Below, piece by piece: positions 58,572-64,000 of a DNA stretch of 64,000 nucleotides. Position 1 is the first letter of the stretch. Each line of letters starts with the position of its first letter. Position numbers and translations under genes: made by a program. The stretch is from an uncultured Patescibacteria group bacterium (GTDB lineage: Bacteria > Patescibacteriota > Minisyncoccia > Phycocordibacterales > UBA918). The notes under the pieces are model-generated. The model made no database searches and was not told the DNA's origin. It saw only the letters and a program-made list of their open reading frames with translations. The stretch covers positions 10,130 to 74,129 of the forward strand of contig CAKUWT010000003.1 in NCBI GenBank assembly GCA_934699595.1, in the 5' to 3' direction.

Positions 58572-58854
58572 CATTTTTTCCTCCTCTACTTCCAACCTAA
58601 ATAATATCACACTTATTTGATTAGTCCAGGTCAAAAGTTGGTATTTTCTAAATAATCCTTTTTCTCAAAAATACTTCGTTCAAATAGAGTATTCCACGTA
58701 GGGCAGACTTATTATAAATAGAGGAACCTACGTAAACGTAAAAGAAAAAGACAACCTCGTAAACCTCACCAGGCATTTACCTCATTGACAAAACACGTGT
58801 TCCCTGTTCTGTACAGAGTTACCCCATGCAGAAATAGCTACTTCTTGTAGAGAT

Positions 58855-59193
58855 TTAGCGATTATCTCTAGTGAGATGTACTTCAGCAAAATTCACAATC
58901 ATTCCCCTCCTGTCAATATCAATCTTTTCTTTTTTATAAATTGCTAGTCGTTCGTCTGGGTTATTACCTAGCCACACCCGACCTCCAGCATAGACAATCC
59001 GATGGAACGGGATCCCTTTCACTCCATTTCTATCGGCCTTCACCAAAATACCATTCACGCTCCGCGCGGCTTGCCCACCACCGCCAGCGACTTTGGCCAA
59101 ATCACCGTAAGTCACTACTCTCCCCGCTGGAATACGTTTAGCTAAATCCACCACTTTCTCACCGAAGGTTTTCCCGAGCTGCACTTTTTTCAT
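58855..59193 (-). CDS. alkyltransferase-like protein (MGMT/Ogt DNA-binding domain without the catalytic Cys)
   Basis: VTYGDLAKVAGGGGQAARSVNGIL..IPFHRIVYAGG: the PCHRV motif is replaced by PFHRI. Confidence 0.55.
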   Translation of the reverse strand: MKKVQLGKTFGEKVVDLAKRIPAGRVVTYGDLAKVAGGGGQAARSVNGILVKADRNGVKGIPFHRIVYAGGRVWLGNNPDERLAIYKKEKIDIDRRGMIVNFAEVHLTRDNR

Positions 59194-59226
59194 AAGGTTA
59201 CTTATTCAGTATACCGCTTCACTTGG

Positions 59227-59523
59227 TTATACAACAACCTTTGATAACTTTACTGATCGGTTTTTATCCCGATGCGAGCAACCAGCCCAACAGCACGGCC
59301 GCTTCTTGCCAGCACTAATTTCTTCTTGCAGTCGGATTAAGTGCTGGTGACGAGTACTTACTTTCTTGACGCTAACTAGCCAACAAATCCATTCGTTCCT
59401 GGCCAACGGGGTTAAATTATTCCAATTACTCAAGAGTTTTTCATCAGCACTCAAAACCACCCGCAAATCTTTCGGAACTTGATGCGCCACACCTTGCTTG
59501 ATAATTTTTGTACCCTTAGCCAT
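59227..59523 (-). CDS. YdeI/OmpD-associated family protein
   Basis: LTPLARNEWICWLVSVKKVSTRHQHLIRLQEEISAGKKRPCCW matches the family signature. Confidence 0.55.
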   Translation of the reverse strand: MAKGTKIIKQGVAHQVPKDLRVVLSADEKLLSNWNNLTPLARNEWICWLVSVKKVSTRHQHLIRLQEEISAGKKRPCCWAGCSHRDKNRSVKLSKVVV

Positions 59524-59776
59524 TAATAATATTTACCTACTTATTTTAAATGATATTTATTAATAGTAAAAGAGTACCCACACTTAAGTTGCAAATTCTC
59601 TTAATAGTTGTCTCTTATTATAAAAAATCTCAATCAAACTATAGTTAGTTTTGCGGGACGTTGATCCAAACACAAGTAAAATAGAACTGATCTAGCAATA
59701 TCAGCACACAGAAATAGAATTCGACTTGCTGTGAAAAATTATATGGCTTACTGGTATTATTTAGTAAGTATGTTTA

Positions 59777-59905
59777 CTGCCGGACAGGGATTCGAACTCT
59801 ACGAGTTCAGTACACCTTTTGGACAGATTAGTTCGGCTATCGCCTCCTAATCTGCCTCAAAAGCTTTTCGAATCCTCAAAAACAGTCCCCCAGACTGTTT
59901 TTGCC
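59777..59905 (-). repeat. tRNA-3'-end-terminated structured element, copy Gln (core ~130 nt), ends with a 21-nt near-copy of the tRNA-Gln 3' end
   Basis: Minus strand: hairpin 1 aaaacagtc tgggggg gactgtttt (59868-59891), GAGGATTCGAAAAG, hairpin 2 gattag/ctaatc (59826-59852), 3' gttcgaatccctgtccggcag (59797-59777). About 85% identical to Ser-A over ~100 nt. Confidence 0.65.
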
Positions 59906-60063
59906 CCAATGGAGTCTTGTTTCCTTTAGACGTCTTAGTAACGTAATAAGATTACGTTACATACTCGCTGGCCGTCTCGAGCTAGAACCGTACACGGTCA
60001 AGCTCAGCTTGACCTTTTAACTATTCTTTTGAATCTAAATCAGAAGGGTCTCGTGCGCTTAAT

Positions 60064-60462
60064 TTATTTTGGTACATCAAGTGAATCAATAACGTTAATC
60101 AACCAGTTACCCGTGAGCTTATCTTGCATCTGCTTAATCTGTTCTTTTGTAAACCATTGGAGGTCAAGAATTTCATCCTTTGCATATGCTAATTCGCCAC
60201 TAATTATTTTTCCTAAATAAACGTGTGTTTCTTTTGTTCCAAGAAATGGATTTTCTATTACGGTTAGCTTCTTTACTAGTTCAACATCAAGCCCAGTCTC
60301 TTCTTTTACTTCTCTAACTGCAGCGACCTCTAAATCCTCTACTCCTTCGACTTTACCTTGCTGCCAGTTCCATAAACCATAGATAATTTTTGTAGCCTCC
60401 TGTCCTAAAAGAAACCTTCCGTCTTTTTCAATCAAAACTGCAACTCTGATATCAGTATTCAT
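60064..60462 (-). CDS. NUDIX hydrolase
   Basis: GKVEGVEDLEVAAVREVKEETGLDVE Nudix box; ATG at 60460-60462. Confidence 0.7.
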   Translation of the reverse strand: MNTDIRVAVLIEKDGRFLLGQEATKIIYGLWNWQQGKVEGVEDLEVAAVREVKEETGLDVELVKKLTVIENPFLGTKETHVYLGKIISGELAYAKDEILDLQWFTKEQIKQMQDKLTGNWLINVIDSLDVPK

Positions 60463-60509
60463 ATCCAAAGTATATCAAAAGTAATTAAACTCTTCGTACT
60501 AGCACGAGT

Positions 60510-60583
60510 TGGCTGCCGGACAGGGACTCGAACCCCGATACCCAGGACCAAAACCTGGTGTCCTACCTTTAGACGATCCGGCA
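60510..60583 (-). tRNA. tRNA-Gln (anticodon UUG), CCA encoded
   Basis: Reverse complement: acceptor tgccgga/tccggca, anticodon stem ccagg/cctgg with loop ttTTGgt, T-arm cggggTTCGAGTccctg, 3' gcca. Confidence 0.85.
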
Positions 60584-60595
60584 ATATTCTTAATT

Positions 60596-60644
60596 AGGTA
60601 TTCCCAACGCTGGGAATACCTAAGATGGTGGGATTATAACACAA
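60596..60644 (-). promoter_or_regulatory. extended -10 promoter TGtTATAAT (60634-60644) followed by a 10-bp-stem leader hairpin (60596-60620) upstream of tRNA-Gln
   Basis: Perfect TATAAT with an upstream TG on the minus strand; hairpin ggtattccca gcg ttgggaatacc seen in sequence. Confidence 0.4.
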
Positions 60645-60681
60645 CGAATTGGTTTTCTGAAGTCATTCTCCTCCAGTCCTC

Positions 60682-62361
60682 TTACTCACGCTTTTTCGCT
60701 AGGGCAGCAGCCAAAAAAGCAGTGACGAGTGGATTAGGAACTAACGGCCGTGCCTGCAGCTCTGGCTGAAATTGGGTACCAACAAAGAACGGATGCTGAT
60801 GCTTGGGCAGCTCAACCGCTTCCACAATCATGCTCTCGCCAGCTGTGCTTGTGGCAGAAACAACCAAACCTTTCTCTTGCAAAGCTTCCAGATAATCATG
60901 ATTGACAGCGAAGGAGTGTCGGTGCCTTTCCTGAATTGTTGCCTTATTATAAGCTTCACCGACCACACTCTCTTTGATCAAATCAATCTCGTGACTCCCT
61001 AAGCGAATCCACCTACCCTCCATATGATGTTCAGGAATATCAGCGATTGGCTCTATGACCAACTCTATTGCCTTTGGATCAATCTCTGCACTAGTAGCCT
61101 TTTTCAACCCTAATAATCTACGAGCAAATTCTATCACTGCTAACTGCATACCAAAGCCAATGCCCAGAAACGGGATCTGTTGTTCACGCAAGTAAGTAAT
61201 CACAGCCAGCTCTCCCTCCACTCCTTCTTTACCGAATGAAGACGGAATCAAGACGCCCTGGTAATTATCTAATCGCTCAAGACCCTTCTTACTGGTAAAA
61301 TCACTAGCCGGCAAATATTCCACCTCGCACGTCACTCCCAACTTGGCAGCGGAAAATTTCAAAGCCTCGAGGACGGATAAATAAACATCAGACAAAACAA
61401 AATCTCCCGAGCTAAAATGCTTACCAATCACCGCTACTCTCACTGTGCCGGTAGCTTGCTCGCGACTGAGTAAGAAGTTTTTCCAGGCTCGTAAATTAAC
61501 GGCCTTAGTAACTGGTAGTTTCAGCAACTCCATTAAATTTGCCGAAAGTTTATCCTTCTCAAAATTAACTGGGATATCGTAAATACTGGCCACATCCGGA
61601 GCAGCAATGACATGCTCCAGACTAACATTACAGAAATTAGAGATTTTCTCTTTACGCTTTTTATCAATGGCGACGTTGCTCCTCGCAATGATAATGTCTG
61701 CCTGCACCCCAGCGCTACCGAGAGTGCGAGCCGCGTGTTGCGTAGGTTTCGTTTTCATCTCGCCGATACTGCCTGGAACTGGCAGATAACTCACCATCAC
61801 TACTGCCACATTGTCTGGCTCACGGTGCTTCAAGAGACGAATGGTCTCCAAGAAAAGTACATTTTCGTACTCACCAATCGTACCGCCGATTTCCACCACC
61901 GCCACATCTGCCTCGGCTTGCTGAGCAGCCATCTTGATGCGCCGAATTGCCTCTTCAGGAATATCGGGCACCACCTGTACATTACGACCCTTGTAGCCGC
62001 CACGACGCTCTTTCTCAATCACTGCTTGATAGACACGGCCAGTCGTCATGTAGTTGATGTTGGGCAAATCTAAATTAAGGAAACGTTCATAGTTACCCAT
62101 ATCCTGGTCGGTTTCCAGACCTTCTGAAAGCACAAAGGCTTCGCCGTGTTCGGTCGGATCCATAGTACCGGCATCCACATTTATATAGGGATCAATTTTT
62201 AGAGCCGTTACTTTCAATCCTCGCGCCTGTAACAAGAGAGCAATCGAAGAAGCGGCTACTCCCTTACCTACACCACTCATCACTCCACCGACCACAAAAA
62301 TTACCTTTGGAGCAGACGTCTTCACTGACGGGTTTTTTTTAGCTTTAGCACTATCTGCCAT
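60682..62361 (-). CDS. pyrG: CTP synthase
   Basis: IFVVGGVMSGVGKGVAASS synthetase N-terminus, with a C-terminal glutamine amidotransferase domain. Confidence 0.95.
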   Translation of the reverse strand: MADSAKAKKNPSVKTSAPKVIFVVGGVMSGVGKGVAASSIALLLQARGLKVTALKIDPYINVDAGTMDPTEHGEAFVLSEGLETDQDMGNYERFLNLDLPNINYMTTGRVYQAVIEKERRGGYKGRNVQVVPDIPEEAIRRIKMAAQQAEADVAVVEIGGTIGEYENVLFLETIRLLKHREPDNVAVVMVSYLPVPGSIGEMKTKPTQHAARTLGSAGVQADIIIARSNVAIDKKRKEKISNFCNVSLEHVIAAPDVASIYDIPVNFEKDKLSANLMELLKLPVTKAVNLRAWKNFLLSREQATGTVRVAVIGKHFSSGDFVLSDVYLSVLEALKFSAAKLGVTCEVEYLPASDFTSKKGLERLDNYQGVLIPSSFGKEGVEGELAVITYLREQQIPFLGIGFGMQLAVIEFARRLLGLKKATSAEIDPKAIELVIEPIADIPEHHMEGRWIRLGSHEIDLIKESVVGEAYNKATIQERHRHSFAVNHDYLEALQEKGLVVSATSTAGESMIVEAVELPKHQHPFFVGTQFQPELQARPLVPNPLVTAFLAAALAKKRE

Positions 62362-62399
62362 GGTAGTAAAATTAACCTTAACTTAAATTGAGAAACAAA

Positions 62400-63326
62400 T
62401 TAAATCTTCAAATACCGAGCGATGGCTAGGACACTAGAGATAAATCCTAGGAAGATACCGACGCCAATGAGTGTGAGAAAGATATGGCCAAAATCTGCTA
62501 CAAAATAAGTGAAGAGATTGAACTCAAAGAACTTCTCGGTGCGAGGACCAAGCCAGTACACAATTGGGTATAAAATTGTCAGTGCCAGGACTCCAGAAAT
62601 CAATCCGTAGATAACTCCCTGAATAATGAACGGCCCGCGAATAAAGGCATTGCTAGCACCAACTAAACGCATAACAGAAATCTCTTCTCGCGCTGTGTAA
62701 ATTGCCAGACGGATAGTGTTGAAAGTGATCATAGCAGCAGCTACCAGTAATACGATCATGGTGATCAGGCCCGCTCGCTCGACGGCGTCCACGATATCAG
62801 TCAGCTTATCAATAGATTCCTTATTCTTGCTATAGTTAACATCGTCAATCAATGGCTCTTTAAGAGATTCGCTATCCTGTTTATCGGTCAAAAATTTAGC
62901 AATACTGTCGTAACGAGAAGTTTCTTTAGCTTGAATCGCTAAAGTGGCTCCCAAGGGATTTTCACCCAACTCATCCAAAGCCTGCAAAGCGATAGTATCG
63001 TTCTTATTACGCTCTCGGTACTGCTTAAGAGCATCCTCTCTTGAGGTGTAAGTCACCTTAGCCACTTCGGGGAGCGATTCTAGCTCAGTCTGCAAGCTGT
63101 TTATTTGCTCTACTGAGGCTGAGGGAACAAAGTAAACATTAATATCTACCTTAGCTTGCAGCTGATTTAGTGATGTAGTAAGCAATTGTTCTAACATCAT
63201 GGTTGAACCAATCACGAACAAAGCGACTGTAATCACAAACACTGACGCCAAGGAGACATAGGCGTTTCGCCAAAACCCCACCAAGCCCGCTCTAATTACT
63301 CTCCGAAAACCTGTTAACATAACCAA
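62400..63326 (-). CDS. ftsX: cell-division ABC transporter permease FtsX
   Basis: Four-TM FtsX topology with a large extracellular loop. An ATG at 63318-63320 is two codons inside the TTG-initiated track ORF. Confidence 0.8.
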   Translation of the reverse strand: MVMLTGFRRVIRAGLVGFWRNAYVSLASVFVITVALFVIGSTMMLEQLLTTSLNQLQAKVDINVYFVPSASVEQINSLQTELESLPEVAKVTYTSREDALKQYRERNKNDTIALQALDELGENPLGATLAIQAKETSRYDSIAKFLTDKQDSESLKEPLIDDVNYSKNKESIDKLTDIVDAVERAGLITMIVLLVAAAMITFNTIRLAIYTAREEISVMRLVGASNAFIRGPFIIQGVIYGLISGVLALTILYPIVYWLGPRTEKFFEFNLFTYFVADFGHIFLTLIGVGIFLGFISSVLAIARYLKI

Positions 63327-63340
63327 ACTAAATAATTGTC

Positions 63341-64000
63341 CTAAATAACGTACTTACCACTATTATCATCACGTACTATCTTACCTTCATCCATAGTAAT
63401 CACGCGCCGCCCCAACTCATCGATTACTCCCTTATTATGAGTAGTCATCACCACAGTCGTACCAAGATCGTTAATTTTTTTCAAAATTTGCACGACTTCG
63501 TAAGTAGCAATCGGGTCGAGATTTCCGGTAGGTTCGTCAGCAATAATAATATCTGGCTGGTTCACGATCGCGCGCGCGATCGCCACCCGCTGCTTCTCAC
63601 CGCCAGACAGTTCGTGTGGAAAATTCCAGGCTTTCTCTTCAAGATTTACCAAAGCGAGAGCTTCCGGGACGTTCTCAGCAATTTCCTCATCAGTCCGACC
63701 ATTAGCCTCCATAGCAAAGGCGATATTTTCGTAAGCAGTCTTATTAGAGAGTAATTTAAAATCCTGAAAAACAGTACCTATTTTACGACGGAAGTACGGC
63801 AGTCGTGAACGAGGGATTTTATGAATATCGGTCGACTCAAAGAAGACTTGTCCAGAGGTAGGCTTATCCTCAGCAATAATCATTTTTAGAAGGGTGCTCT
63901 TACCCGCTCCAGAATGTCCCACGATGGAAACAAATTCTTTAGGTTCAATTTGAAAAGAGATGTTTTTAATAGCGGCGCTATTACCTCCATCATATAACCG
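63341..64000 (-). CDS. ftsE: cell-division ATP-binding protein FtsE, partial: N-terminus lies beyond the window edge
   Basis: Walker [10 protein letters not shown], signature [14 protein letters not shown], Walker [13 protein letters not shown]. The frame stays open upstream of the track start through nt 64000. Confidence 0.85.
   Translation of the reverse strand, partial: RLYDGGNSAAIKNISFQIEPKEFVSIVGHSGAGKSTLLKMIIAEDKPTSGQVFFESTDIHKIPRSRLPYFRRKIGTVFQDFKLLSNKTAYENIAFAMEANGRTDEEIAENVPEALALVNLEEKAWNFPHELSGGEKQRVAIARAIVNQPDIIIADEPTGNLDPIATYEVVQILKKINDLGTTVVMTTHNKGVIDELGRRVITMDEGKIVRDDNSGKYVI

Larger units (their letters stand above)
59777..60509 (-). mobile_element. ~730-bp mini-island between tRNA-Gln and a duplicate of its 3' end, carrying a NUDIX hydrolase gene plus the conserved element core
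   Basis: tRNA-Gln 3' end ctgccggacagggactcgaac (60513-60533) is repeated as ctgccggacagggattcgaac (59777-59797) with one mismatch. A 10-bp palindrome gtaacgtaat/attacgttac lies at 59909-59931. Confidence 0.5.

Overview
This 64-kb window comes from a small-genome, moderately low-GC bacterium. Housekeeping and cell-division genes (gyrA, rpsA, pth, lepB, rpsU, ybeY, ftsA, ftsZ, trxB, tsaD, a short valS, lepA, murJ, rlmB, mltG, pyrG, ftsX/ftsE) are interleaved with accessory segments. The gene content (tandem T4SS-pilin-like genes, truncated or degenerate aaRSs, little metabolism) is most consistent with a Patescibacteria/CPR-type organism (inference). RNA genes: six tRNAs (Glu-UUC, Ser-GGA, Val-GAC, Phe-GAA, Arg-CCU, Gln-UUG), most with extended -10 promoters, and a probable RNase P RNA inside an 890-bp noncoding region. 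Accessory content falls into three groups. (i) Islands and cargo: an AT-rich island next to tRNA-Glu (900-aa SF1 helicase fusion, convergent large serine recombinase, two hydrolases) abutting a tightly packed trpS / APH-fold kinase / Pol-beta nucleotidyltransferase / divergent trpS-paralog operon; five tandem T4SS-pilin-like genes; a 1258-aa beta-helix/PKD/Ig-repeat surface protein containing a perfect 67-bp internal DNA repeat; and several small GC-rich (~58-60%) orphan ORFs with their own terminators. (ii) The most unusual signal: a family of ~190-nt elements in four copies, each 3' of a tRNA gene (two tandem copies after tRNA-Ser, one after tRNA-Arg, one in a NUDIX-carrying mini-island after tRNA-Gln) and each ending in a 21-24-nt copy of that tRNA's 3' end. 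(iii) The copies share a conserved core in which two hairpins keep their pairing through compensatory base changes, which points to a structured RNA and/or a miniature tRNA-targeting mobile element not explained by any annotated feature.
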